The notes under the pieces were generated by a model. The model had not been told where the DNA came from. It saw only the letters and a program-made list of their open reading frames with translations, and did no database searches. The position numbers and the translations under genes are program-made. Below, piece after piece: positions 26,510 through 39,071 of a stretch of 64,000 bases of DNA (its first letter is position 1; every line of letters begins with the position of its first letter). Source of the DNA: Dicyema japonicum (Eukaryota > Animalia > Dicyemida); assembly GCA_011109175.1 (NCBI GenBank), contig RDEW01000009.1, positions 1,229,652 through 1,293,651 of the forward strand, in the 5' to 3' direction.

Positions 26510-27933
26510 ATGTGGAGTAAAGTTAAAAGTTGGTTCACGAATACACTCAAATGCTACAAAGAGAACATGTCGAGGATTTACTTGGATGAGAGAAAACGAA
26601 AATATTTGGTCCTTACGATTGTTTGTTTGGCCTTGTTTTTGGATAACATGCTGTATATGGTCGTTATTCCTATAATTCCGAACTACATTGAATCCTTCGA
26701 ACAAAAAGGACAAATTCTTAATTTCAATGAAACCACAAAACGAACTGTGATCCCTATTGATAGAACATCTTCTACTAGTTTGAAGACAGGGATCCTTTTC
26801 GCGTCCAAAGCCATAGTCCAACTAATCGTGAACCCCTTTCGGGGACATTAATTGACAAATATAGCTACACCATGCCTCTAATGTTTGGTCTGCTTGTCAT
26901 TTTTATTTCTACGACTATTTTTGCCTTTGGTCAATCATATGGAGTGCTTTTCCTTGCTAGATCTCTACAAGGAGTGGGCTCAGCCTTTGCAGACACGTCT
27001 TCTCTTTCAATGATTGCAGAGATCTACAAGGATCAAATTGAAAGAAGCAGAGCGATGGGGATAGCCATTGCTTGTATATCATTTGGGTCTCTTGTGGCTC
27101 CTCCGTTTGGTGGATTTATGTACGGACTTGCTGGAAAAGAAATTCCGTTCCTCGTGCTTTCCTTCATTTCACTGTTTGATGCCATTCTGTTGTACCCCTT
27201 CATATCAAATTCTCATCAGTTACAGAAAAGTCGGGATGAATCATTCCATTTCACTCCCATTTATAAATTGTTTCTTGACAAGTCGATTTTTATTTGTGCC
27301 GGTTGTCTTGTACTCGCCAACATCTCCTTGGCCTTTCTGGAGCCCACTATTTCCCTGTGGATGGAGAAAACTATGAGGACGACAGAATACGAGATAGGCT
27401 TGGTCTGGCTCCCAACATTCTTCCCCCACGTGTTCGGTGTTTATATGGCCTATAAATTGAACAAAAGTTATCCCGATAAGAATTGGCTCATTGCAATGAT
27501 TGGCTTAGTCATTGAGGGATTCTCGTGTCTAATTATTCCGTTTTCGACAGTCTATGCATCACTAATGTTTCCCCTAATGAGCCTGTGCTTTGGAATTGCA
27601 CTGGTGGATACAGCTATCCTCCCCCTGCTGGCCCAGATTGTTGATATCAAATATTCCAGCTTATACGGCTGCGTCTATGCCATTGCTGATATTTCCTATT
27701 CCATTGCCTACGCCCTCGGTCCGATTGTTGCTGGGGGAATTATGTCTTCAATTGGCTTCATGTGGCTCAACGTCTTCATTTTCTTATCCAATGTTTTATA
27801 CGCTCCTGTAATGTACTTCCTTACATCCACACATAAATATCACTCCCTCAATGAAACCGAGGTGGATATTATGAGATGTGACCTCGAAACTCCAGCTTTC
27901 AGAAGTCAGTCAATCGAAAATGACGACTTATAA
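26510..27933 (+). CDS. SLC18A3: Vesicular acetylcholine transporter (SLC18A3/VAChT), intronless, one frameshift at ~26838
   Basis: VAChT-diagnostic LDNMLYMVVIPIIP, AFLEPTI, WLPTFFPHVFGVY and VYAIADISYSIAYALGPIVAG. Adding one T in CCCCTTTCGGGG restores NPFSGTLIDK and fuses the two ORFs. Confidence 0.93.
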
Positions 27934-28249
27934 TCAAAATCTAATCACTAACGGCTTTTTTAATAATTTATGTTGTTTTATGATCAATAAACTTTATAAA
28001 CAAGACTATCAAGACAAACTACTTTATCACGTGTCTTCGCTTCCCCCTAGCCAAGATTTTGTTCACCTCTTTACTATTATTTTCTACTATTGTAAGGTGC
28101 ATAGAAGCATGGCGTACATTAGGAGACACGTTCTCAATGGTTCTCTTTAAGATAGTTGCTTGTAATAGATATTTCTACTCCCAATTCGTTTGCGGGGAGA
28201 ACGTATTTCCGTTCTTCTCCACCTCCACTGTTTGCAAACGTTCTTGGTA

Positions 28250-28620
28250 AGTGATGCCACTTTTACTTTTACTCTCCATACGACCAATCATAGACCTAGG
28301 CTGTACAGCCAGTCTATGGTCCCCCACCTAATGTGGACATGATTCTCCCTCAACACTTGACAGATACTCAGCACCACCAATTTGGTAATTAATTCTTATA
28401 GTGCTGGCATTCATGTAATCATCCTATACTCACTCTGGTTGTCTGCTTTAGGAATCAGGTACGTGATCACAGTTTATAACCATTGGGGAATAATACTTGG
28501 ATTAGCTACATAATCGCTCAAATATTACTCAGATTGCCACTTTTGATAAAGAAATTAAATATTTTATCAACTTCCGGGTTTTCCAGTTCGACAGCTTGCC
28601 GGTGGCACTTGTCATCGGAC
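28250..28620 (-). mobile_element. R4/NeSL-like RT fragment
   Basis: Reverse strand reads TYLIPKADNQSEYRMIT..LITK, typical of RLE-clade RT N-terminal motifs. Confidence 0.5.
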
Positions 28621-28661
28621 TGTGAATCCCAGCACTGCCACATAATTCAGTCATGCGCTGA

Positions 28662-29717
28662 TAATAGTAATAATAAGAAAGATTTATTAACAAGAGTTAA
28701 GGAGTTTTCTGGAGGGTATTACATCTAAGTCCTACCATAAGGCTTGGACTCTACACCTGGACCCTTCCTCCTTTTTTTACTTTTTGTTCAGGACGTTTCT
28801 CCTAGCTTTATATACGTGTCCTGGATCTTTGATCTCCTCTGAAACTATTGATCCGATACTCCACAATCCTGCTAATTGGTTCTAACAGCTTGTTTTCGTC
28901 CTCGCTTCGACAGTCTAGCAGTTTCTTGCTAAGGAGAGCTTAATTGCAGCTCTCCTAGTCTTCTCTAGGAGGGATAAGATCTTCTCTTTCTTCGGAGAGA
29001 AGAACCATTCTTCGCACCCATAAAGTAAGCTAAGGAGAATAACTCCATCACTTCCAAGAAGCTGACAGTGCTATCAGCAATAGGCAGTTCCTTGTCGGAG
29101 TGTTTAAATCGGCAGACACCTTCTTTTTGTCATCAGGGATCTAACTCCACGGATCCAAACCCTGAATTTTTTGAAGCTGATCCCTGAATATCGAAAGTGT
29201 TTCCTCCGTTATGCACACTCCTTCGTCTAGTTTATTCAATATAATTTTTTCTGCTCCCGACTTAAGACAAATTATCTTCTGATAGCATTTCCAAAAATAG
29301 GGATTCTTCATATCAATTTTCGCAGCCTCAGCCTTCCACATACGGTCAGTTTCCTCCTTCCATATACTGCTGATTGCCTTCTTCATCATCCTGATTCTGG
29401 CAGATATGAATTCCCCGTCAATTTGTCGACACAACGCCTTAGCTTTGGTCTTAGGTGATTCCTCTCACGAATAAGCCTCATAATAATTGGCAACACAAAA
29501 TAATGATTATTTTTTGAGAAAACCCTTCGTGCATATAGGTGAAGATATGACTGCAGGAGATTCGTTACTTCTTGACTCGCAGTATTGATATCTTCTATGG
29601 TTGAAAACTCTCTCGGTAGAACACACAAATTATTGGATATGAAGACCCTATAGTGGGCCCAATCCAAGTGAAATATGTTGAACCTCAAGAAGACTTCTTC
29701 CATAACATCAGGCCTCA
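28662..29717 (-). mobile_element. Internally deleted copy of the 1-3491 LINE family
   Basis: Aligns to 1381-2056 joined directly to 3081-3475, so the RT core is missing; (TTA)n-like tail. Confidence 0.92.
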
Positions 29718-30009
29718 TACTAATAGCAGTGCGGAAATAATAGGACATTTTTAGGGACATTTTAAAAACAAAATAATACAATTAGGACATTTAAATACAA
29801 AAATATGAAAATTTTATTATTTTTGAAATTATTTTGTATTTTTAGCGTTTAACTATAAATAAGATATAACAAATACTCAATCTGAGCTTTAAATTATTCT
29901 CAAAAATAACCAATCTAAAAAATCATTTTAGGACAATTTATTTTGTTATGAGCAATTTATTTATTTAAAACATTAAAAATTTATTAACAATAAAATATTC
30001 TTTATTAAC

Positions 30010-32080
30010 TATGGAGAGCGGCTGCTGACATCACAAGAAAGCGTTTTCGCGGACAACTGCGATACCAGTTCTTTGCCTCAGCCAGACCGCTTCCCGCACG
30101 TCTTTCTTGCGGTGGGCCAATTTTCCCCCGATTTCCTTTAGGAAAGAGGCTGTAATACTTCCGGCCGCACCAGAAGTCTCGATTGATACCGGTACAAAAC
30201 GGTGGCAGTCTCCAATTTCGACATATTTTTTAATCTGATTTTCTCGGCCAGATCGGCTGCCGATCCAGCAAACTGCGCCGAGCTAAGTATCATCGAGTTC
30301 GAGAAAGAATCCACAACAGTGCAGTCCCATACAAGCGATTTTCCCTCAATGAACGGAAGGATAGTTAACCCATCCGGTCTTTTCCCATCTCCGCGGTCCA
30401 ATCCTACAAGCTCCAGTACTGCCAGGAAGCCTGCCGCTTCAAGAGCTCGCATGACAATGTTGTTCATACCAGCGTGGCGGGGTGCTCTTCCCGCACTCCT
30501 TTTGCATGAGAGCGGATGGAGCCCTTTGGAATCGACGATCCCTCCACAACGACATTGGTGTTCGACGCAAACATCAACTCCCAGGTGTTGTGCGATCCCA
30601 ATCCGAATGCAGTCATCGTCAAAAAGGGTCCCCAGGGAGGAACACTAGAGTGCATCCAGCCACGCTCTGCTCCCATGGTTAGCGGCGAACACGAGGCATG
30701 CAAGACGATGCTGGTTGGCCTCAGACTTTAGCACGTCGAAGAATTCTGGAGAGTAGATATTATCCCAGTCACGTTGCCTCGAAAGATAGTTCGGCATTTT
30801 TAAACCAGTTTCACACCATTCGCGACGAGCTTCGTCTCAGACTCTTTCCCAAGAAAGTCCGGTTGTAAACGTAGGATTTCTCGGACCAAAAGGCTTCCAC
30901 TTGAAAGCGATGACACATATGCTGGATAGGCGATCTCCAGCGCCGACCGGAGGCCCTTTCCTCCGAGACGTGTAGGAAACTTGCATCGGTTCCAACTCAG
31001 CACATCAAAGTGGATGTTCAGAAGCAATTCAGCTGATTTTCTCAATGTCCTATCCAGTGACAGGAGGATGTCACGATGTTTGAAGCAGGAAGAAAATCGG
31101 AGAGCATATAGGAGTTTGGACAAGCCGATGCTCGGACAGACAATGCTGCATGCGATTTTCGCAGTAAGTCTTCTGAAATAGTTGCCGACCGCGATGGGGC
31201 GGACCTCACCTTCAGGTTTTTGAAGGCCAGTAGATATGCACTAAAAGGAAGCTCCTTGCGTGGGGAGGTATATCTCCGCTCCAAAATACGCATAACCAGT
31301 TTTGTAATTGATTTGACAAGGTTGCAGCCAGCTTCTGCAGTAGCCTCCGCCGTAAGATCCTTTGATGTGACCCGGCCGCAAGCCATCGATACCTCCACTG
31401 CTACTCGCCGCAAACGACGAAATGCCGTGTCGCACTTCGCCTTCGGTGACGGTCATTCTTGTCAAATTTCCCAGAAGCACGAATGGGCGGTAATCTTCCG
31501 GAGCACATGGATGTTTATGTCTGAGTAGTTCCAGTACCTCAGGTGTCGCAGCCATAATAGTTTCGTCGCCTTCGAATAGTTTGCGGTTCACTCTCTATTT
31601 AAGTTTCTCCGGGCCATTCAAATAAACCGGAAGGTTGGAATCAGAATGTCTTGATTTCTTGACTTCCGTCTTGGTGAGAGAAAGCACATAGAAAACCTGG
31701 ATGCTCTTCTTCATTTTTCAAGAAAGGAAGTTCTCAAGTGTCGTGCCTTTCCTCTGTATTCCGTTGATCTCTTTTTGAGTCGATAAATGGAATTCCAAGG
31801 GACATCGGAGCAAAACTGAGGAGTTTTAACCAGTTTGGAATGATCCTCTGGGTTTCCAACCAGTGCCCATGCAGACACTGCAGTTCCACAGGCAGAGCGA
31901 GCACGCAGCCCGCTGAGACATCTTTATGCATCCAAAGTGGAAAAAGTCACCGCAAGACGAGCAGAAAAGTCCATATTTGCGTGCATTGGCAAAACCGCAT
32001 GTAGTGTCCAATCTCTTGGGTGTAATGTGTGTTGCTCCATTGTATGATCGACGCTCCATGATGATGCAATTACTCACCAC
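30010..32080 (-). mobile_element. CRE-clade non-LTR retrotransposon (PHD-like finger, RT, RLE), degraded
   Basis: N-terminal CSSCGDFFHFGC..WNCSVC; SSGGIDGLRPGHIK; RPIAVGN; PTRLGGKGLRSA; RLE motif GLDRGDGKRPDG..LVWDCTVVDS. Confidence 0.9.
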
Positions 32081-32249
32081 AAGACCACACGTTTTTTTGT
32101 TTGAGCAATTTATTTTGTCCGAGTAATTTTTAATTTTGCTTTAAATTCGTTAAATAAACCGAATATTAAATTAAAAAAAATAAAATTAATAATTAGACTA
32201 AAAATGAGCTCAAAGATTTTAATTTTATTAATTTTCAAATAAAAAGCAT

Positions 32250-32470
32250 GAAAATATACCGGCAACTGCTCCAGCCTTCCATAAACGTCCACGGAATTGT
32301 ATTTAGTCATTATATTACTCTTCGTTTTCTTTAATTTCGTCTCATTGACCTCCTTGATGTCGATTTTGTAGGCTTTTGCAAGTAGTGCTAGCTCATTATG
32401 CCTTTCCCATAGGGATCGGGCATTCACTAGCACTATTTTTAGTCTTTGCTTCAAACATTTGGGTGACCTT
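32250..32470 (-). mobile_element. Third fragment of the 1-3491 LINE family (APE start)
   Basis: RSPKCLKQRLKIVLVNARSLWERHNEL matches 712-895. Confidence 0.9.
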
Positions 32471-32772
32471 GCTGTGACGATGGTTGGAAAAAAATGGTTC
32501 AAAAAGTTAATTCAAAAGGATCGAAAAGTGCGACATTAAAAGTTAGCATTTCTCAACGATCTACAGGAGTCGGACAGGAACTTTTTTATGTGAACATAAT
32601 TGGTGGTGTCTAGCTAAAGACTGTGGCGGTGTGTTGAACTATGACTACGTGAATTTGTTCGGATAATTCAATTTTTTTTCAATTTTGGGGTGGACAAGAT
32701 TTAAACCTGTTCACTCGACGCTTCCTTTATTCAGATTTGATTTCCAATATCTCCAGAGTTTATCACCTAATT

Positions 32773-35220
32773 CAGGGGTTCTCAACCTTTTTTTACTCAT
32801 CGACCCCTTGACTTTTTTTCGACCCCCTAATATTTAATCGATATTTAAAACTTTTTTATTTCGAACATACAATTCTAAGTAAAATTAGTTAACTATCTAA
32901 AAAAATTCATTGTTAATAATCAAATCAAACAAAAAAAGTATATACTGGATGTTAAATTGGTATCTTAGCATAAATCTATAATAAAAAAAGAATTAAATAC
33001 CAATGGGATCCCTGTGACTGATGTTTTTGACCAAAGATTCGATATCTAACTCTATTTGTGTTATTTTTAAACGAATATCTCCTCTAATGGACACATCCAA
33101 TCTGTTTCGTTCTTTATTTACAATTCGATGTAGAATGCTAAATCCGTATTCAATTTCTGTCCACAATTTTGGATAACTCTCTTTCATATTTTGCCAAAAA
33201 ATAACAGGTGATTGTGATCATTATAACATAGTTTTAATTCTGGATTGAATTTTAACATAACTAATTCCTCTTGAATATTTTCTTTTTGTTCTTCTGGCTT
33301 TGATAAAAACGGATTAATCATCCAAGATGGAAATTCAATTTCAAGAATCCAAGATGGAAATTCAATTCAATTCTTGCCTCGGGGATCGCTACCGATTTAC
33401 TCCTGTTGCGACCGAATCATCGGGAGCCGTTGGTCCAATAACGGCTGAATTCTGCATGAACTTGGAGGATTGCTTGCCAGAAAGAAAAGGGATCAACGAG
33501 AAGGGTTATGGCTAAGACAAAAGATCGAATAGCCATACTCCGAGGGAACTCGTTCGCAATCCACGCAGCAGGCTTCCTCAACTGACATTTGTTTAATTGT
33601 TAAAAAAATTTTAAAAATAAAAAAAAAAAAAAATTTCAAGAATATCTTGGAATCGAAGAAATGTTGCAAAAAATTGTTAATATCGTCATCATCGAATGTT
33701 TGACCAATTGAGTGGAATTCGGGAATGTTATAATAATTTATTTTTTCCAAGTTATATTTATATAATTTAATTTTTTCGATAAATATTTGAATAATTCTTT
33801 TACAATCTATTAACGTCACATACTTTCCTGTGAAACTTCATTAAATTTTCCAAAAATCCAAGTCAAGTAAACAATTTCTTTCTTTTTCGATACAATTAAA
33901 TCTGCTAAATTTTTGTCACCATCAGAAGTAGAAAATTTACGATTGTGTCAAATAATATTGAAAATCGTTATAATGCATTCCCTTGATAACCATCGTACCT
34001 ATAAAATAAAATTGGAAAATTCAGTGTTTGGCACAAGACGGACATATGTTTCTTTAGCCTCATAGCAAAATTTTCTAAAAAGACGATCATACTTGCTGTT
34101 TGCTTTAATTTTGTTTATGGTTTTAATAACTATATTTAACGTTTCATATAGAATTGGTGAAAGAGCTTTTGAAACCAAATGTTGTCTATGTGGAACGCAA
34201 TGTATATAAATCACATTTGGACATATTTTTTTCAAATATGCCGGAAATCCTTTATATTTTCCAACCATAGATATTGCACCCTTTATGGCACAAGAAACCA
34301 AATTTTCATATGGAATCTTCTTGTCATGCAAAAATAATTTGACTACGGAAAAAATAGAAAATCCAGTCGTATAAGTTTCCAAATATTTGACGAATAATAA
34401 ATCTCTGTAAGAAGAGCATGATCGTCAAAATATCTTAAAGGGTAAGTTTCTAATAAGATTAACCTGACATATCCCATTAGAATTGATTGGTTGTCACATA
34501 TATGACTTTTGTCAATTTGAAGCGAAAAAATAGTATTTTTAAGCCTTTCACATAAAATATGTTCAACATTATCTGATATTTCGTCAATCCTGCGGCGAAT
34601 TGAATCATTGCTAATTAGTACGGAATTTAAAATTTCGTCGGGATTTAAACCCATCAGATCTGATAGAATCACTGATATAGATGGTTTGATGAAATTTTCA
34701 CCAGAAACATGGGAACTCTCATTTTTGGCAATAATCATTGCAATTTTATAGGATGCAATTAGTCCTCTTAAATATAATTTAAAATAACAAAAACTATTGT
34801 TTCTTTCATTACTATTTGTAAAAACAGTGTCAATCGTTTTTTGTTTACGAAAAGAATACTTTAATTCTTCAAAATACTCTAATGGTTTATCTTTTTTATC
34901 CGAATGTTTCCTCCTAAGATGATCCAACAATTTGACAGTTTCATTGCATCATTTGATAATGACTTGTTACACAGTAAGCAATATGGTCTATCATCAAAAT
35001 AATTTTTTATAAATCCAAATGCCAAATATTCATTGATATATTGACGAATTTTGACTCATACACGAACAAAAAAGCATGGTAATTTTAAAAATTTTAAAGA
35101 ACAAAGGTTTATCACTTTAAAAATAAACTAACTTAATTTAAATGAAAAAAATTAAATATATTAAATTTATTTTCGATCCCCAAGTATTTCATTTTCGACC
35201 CCCTTACGTTCGATCTGGAT
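32773..35220 (-). mobile_element. hAT Charlie/ZBED5-SCAND3-like transposon, degraded, with internal insertions
   Basis: TIR CAGGGGTTCTCAACC at 32773 after ACCTAATT. Minus-strand ORFs read SYKIAMIIAK..FSLQID, HCVPHRQHLV and RNRLDV..DIRL. Confidence 0.88.
33370..33515 (+). mobile_element. CRE RLE fragment nested in the hAT element
   Basis: YRFTPVATESSGAVGP. Confidence 0.7.
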
Positions 35221-35279
35221 TGATTTTATAAACTATTCTTAATTAAAATAAAAAGAAGGAACAGTCAGCCGAGAGACAT

Positions 35280-35335
35280 ACAGCGGCCGCCCTGACTGCG
35301 TGGCTATTCCCTTTCAGGATGGGGCCGAGATTCTC
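35280..35335 (-). mobile_element. CRE extreme 3' fragment
   Basis: CCCTGACTGCGTGGCTATTCCCT, shared with 7076-7098. Confidence 0.65.
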
Positions 35336-35877
35336 TGTTAAATAAATAATGATAGAGTCATTCCAATAATTAATGTAATGGTAAATATATTTTTAGATAA
35401 AAGAACATAAGACTCATAATAAGGTAGGATTTTCAGTATCCTCAAGAACAAGTCGTGGAAGAGCTGTTTCAGAATCTTCTGTCTACATTCCTGTATGGGC
35501 CCAGAAATAAGTCATTGCATTATAAATATGGTATGCTTAACCACCATATTAACGAGAGGCTTGTTAACGGGGAATGGTCCGTGTCCTCTCTAACATCACC
35601 TCAATTTCAATTATCCACCTTTATAAAAACCCTTCACTGGAGTGTGGAAGATAGGGATTTTTAGGTGTCGGACAGGCATTGGGCGTCTCCTGCGTTAGGC
35701 GGATCCAATGATGCCTTTATAAATTGAGGAAAGCAAACAGCAGATAGGAAATTCTTCGATTAAGCAGTTAGCGTTGTGGAATTCACAGCTACATGCGACG
35801 GGGGGAACAAATATAACCTCGAACTACAAAACAATAATTCCAATTTTCGTAATTGAAAATATCAGTTAATTTTATAA

Positions 35878-37482
35878 TTAATTGGTTAAATCATTATAAG
35901 CAAAAGTAGATCTGAACTTTTCCAAAAATAATGAAATTGCCAAATAAGACATGTTCACGGTTTCGTGCATAAAGAAATACAAGTAACTGAATACTAGAAG
36001 ACTCACTACTGCATTAATGAGAAATACATAGTTTTTCATATTCTGGGCTCATCACAACAACAAAACCTTTAAAAATCCCAAAGGAAGAATGGAAATTAAA
36101 CTAAATAGATTCTGAATGATGTGTCCCAGCGACAGAGCAGCTGGTCTGGCGTCTTGGATGAAATATTCGATGGATATAACTTGACAAACACAACCGAAAG
36201 ATAATCCGAAGCTTGCAAAAAAGATTATGAAACAAATGTCACTCAACCAATAAACTTTGAAGGCGAATGAGACCACTATTAATAATTGGGAGATCGTTAA
36301 TGGTATAATAGGCCACATCAGGATTTTCTTTCGACCGATAATGTCGATTAGAACATCTATAGCAAATTGTAGCCAAATAAACTCACTCCGACTGTCGTAA
36401 AGACTATATGTACTGATGTATATACCAGAATTATTACAGTATAGTGCAGAGAGCCAAGAATTGAGGAGAATAAAAGTTTCGGAAAGGAGATAAGCTTGAA
36501 AGTGATAAACATCTTACCAAAGTAATTCCTGTCATTTGGTAGCCAATGTGGCAAATTAACACAGTCGTCAGTGGAAATCTCAGTTTTTTACTTCGAACAA
36601 GATCGATAATGTTCAGAGGGCGACCAATGTGTTTATTCTCCTTGTCCATTTCATCGATTTCAGACTGAATTTCATAACTTCCTCTCAATTTCAATAGAGC
36701 TAGAAACTCAAGATATTGTGCTACATAGTCTGGCCTTCTCTCGGTTCTTAGCAACGAAAAATAAAAATCGGGGACTTTCTGGAAAAAATGGAAGGACGAT
36801 CAAGGAGATGACCGATAAGATTCCTGGAAGACTGAAAATATATTTCCAGTATTTTCCCAAATGATCTAACTGGAGACATAAAATTACCTAGGATTTTATC
36901 AATGGTTATTATTTCAGCGAATAAAATTCCAAGTGGAACTCCCAAAAATTGGTAGATGACCGCTTTTGCACGGAATTCATCAACACTAATTTCAGATATG
37001 TACATAGCCACGAAGGGTACTAACATTCCTGAAATTATGCAAATTGTATACCGAAAGAAATGCCATACGTAAACCCTCCAATAAAAAGAAATGTATAGAT
37101 ATCAAACTTTAGTGACGATATTTGGAAGATCGAAGACAAAAACAGGATTCCCGAACTTATCAAGAGACTGTTTTTAGGTCCACATTTGTTTACGGGAAAA
37201 GTAGATATTCCGGAACCAATAATTCCCCCAATTATGTACTGGGTTTGCAGCAGTAAAAATTCTGTCCATTCACTAGTAGTCACTGCTTTTGTCTCAAATT
37301 CGTTCCAAATTTTCTAAATTTGTTGAAATCAGTAAAACTAACTTTTTGGAGATTGTTGATGATCCCAAATTCGTATCCTTGCGCGAAAGAAATGAGAGAG
37401 ACTGTAAAAAAGATTACAAAATATATTGGAGTGATGCGCTTTAAATAACTGCATATTTGTCTATAATTTGTCGAACACTCAT
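35878..37482 (-). CDS. MFS sugar porter (GLUT/SLC2A-like), multi-exon
   Basis: QGYEFGIINN, YISEIS, GYQMTGIT, IDIIGRKK, SIEYFIQDARPAA, YFFMHET; stop at 35878. The exact start and some junctions are uncertain. Confidence 0.88.
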
Positions 37483-38379
37483 GGTGTAGTGGATTTTGTA
37501 CATATTAATCGTCCTTGGTTTAGTTTTGTTATAAAATTGACGTAAAATAATCCGAATTTATTATAATAAATTAGAGTGACTATATTAGATAGACTCTCAC
37601 TCGATAATAGGTGAACTTTGATATAACTTGCGAAAAAGATGGGACATTGATATGACTGATAAAAATGTGGTAAGCGCTGCACAAGGAAATTTTATTTGAC
37701 TTTTTGTTTTTGTGTTCTAGGTAGTGGCAATAATAATAATAACATCGAAGCCACATGAGTTAAGGTTTCTGTTTTTTATATGTTCCTTCTCTCCCCTTTT
37801 CTAATAGAGTAGCATCATTGATCTATCTATTTCAGGTGGCGCACAGTACCATGGTGACACAAAAAAGGATCATTTGCTCTTCTCTCTCTACTGGAAGTGT
37901 TACCACAACTCAAAGAATGGACGTCTTCTACCTTTCATGCTGGTTCTGAATGAACTTGTGTGACGTTGAAAGAGTGTTTTTGTGACAGTAGAAATTGGAT
38001 ATACTTAATTAGTTGTTTACTTTTTTGTCGGTATATACGGGGTTCGTAATAATAATCCCTACAAAGGGGGCTGATACCGGCGTTGATGGGTATCTTGTAA
38101 TCATTTTATATTATATTGAGTCAGCTCAATAATTAGAGTTAGTAAGGATGTCTGAGAAATATTCTGCTTAGAAGGTTGGTTGTCGTTAGAGATAAGCCTT
38201 TTAAAAGGGATAGAGTCGAAATTAGGTCAGATGACTCTGTTGGAGGCTTCCTGGGTTTTGGAAAGAACAGTTCTCTAAACTCAACCAAAAAATTACGACA
38301 AGGTTATGTGTGCTAACAGGATGATGTGTTCAAAATCCGACCTGTAAACAAGATGTAAAGATTGAATCTCGGACATGCA

Positions 38380-38900
38380 GTTTTCTGTTGATATGTCTGT
38401 TTGGATTGCCTACTGGTTTATGATTTTCCATATTTCAGAAATTGCGTTGACCTTTTTGTTGAAGAGACTATAATTCTTACAAGAAATTGAATTTAAGGGA
38501 TACGGTCTTTTTTACAAAAATGGCTTGAGAAGACAGACGTATCTGAAGAGAAGATCAGGAATTGTTTCAAAGTTTAAAACTCGACTAACGAAATTCTTGA
38601 AATTGATATTAATGATACATAAATCAGAAGAACAGACATTCTCGCTCCTCTCAAAGTTGAGGATATTTTAAATATTGAATACACGGAAAATTAAACATTT
38701 ATTGAAAATCAAAAAATTTTTAAAGATTCAGAAAAAAGTGAACAAAAATTTGAAAAAACAAGGCATACAGACAAAATGGATATTTCAGTTAAATATACTC
38801 CAATAGATATGGAACTCTTTGCCAATGTTAAGAATAAACATGAAGTTTCTCTATTTTTTCAATAAGAAAGTACAAGCAAGGATTTTTGAAGAAAAGCAAG
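38380..38900 (+). mobile_element. Possible Tigger DDE C-terminal remnant
   Basis: KWLEKTDVSEEKIRNCFK segment at ~38515-38570. Confidence 0.3.
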
Positions 38901-39071
38901 AACAATTAGGAATTACAATTTATTTTAATAAAAATTAAAAACATTTTTTGTTTATTTAAGGCTTTGGGGGCGATTTTTTTAATAAATATTATTTTGAATG
39001 ATTTTTACATTTTGAATGATTTTTACATTTTTTTACATTTTTTGACCAATAGGAAACCTAAATTTAAAATA

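Noticed and set aside
26872-27933. Alternative genetic code
   Set aside because: The long conserved ORFs translate correctly with the standard code, and internal stops fall in introns or decayed TEs.
30202-31528. Antisense ORFs over the CRE element
   Set aside because: They are shadows of GC-richer retrotransposon coding sequence.
35655-35720. ~60-bp similarity to 52668-52725
   Set aside because: Probably two fragments of an old LINE 3' region; too short to define.
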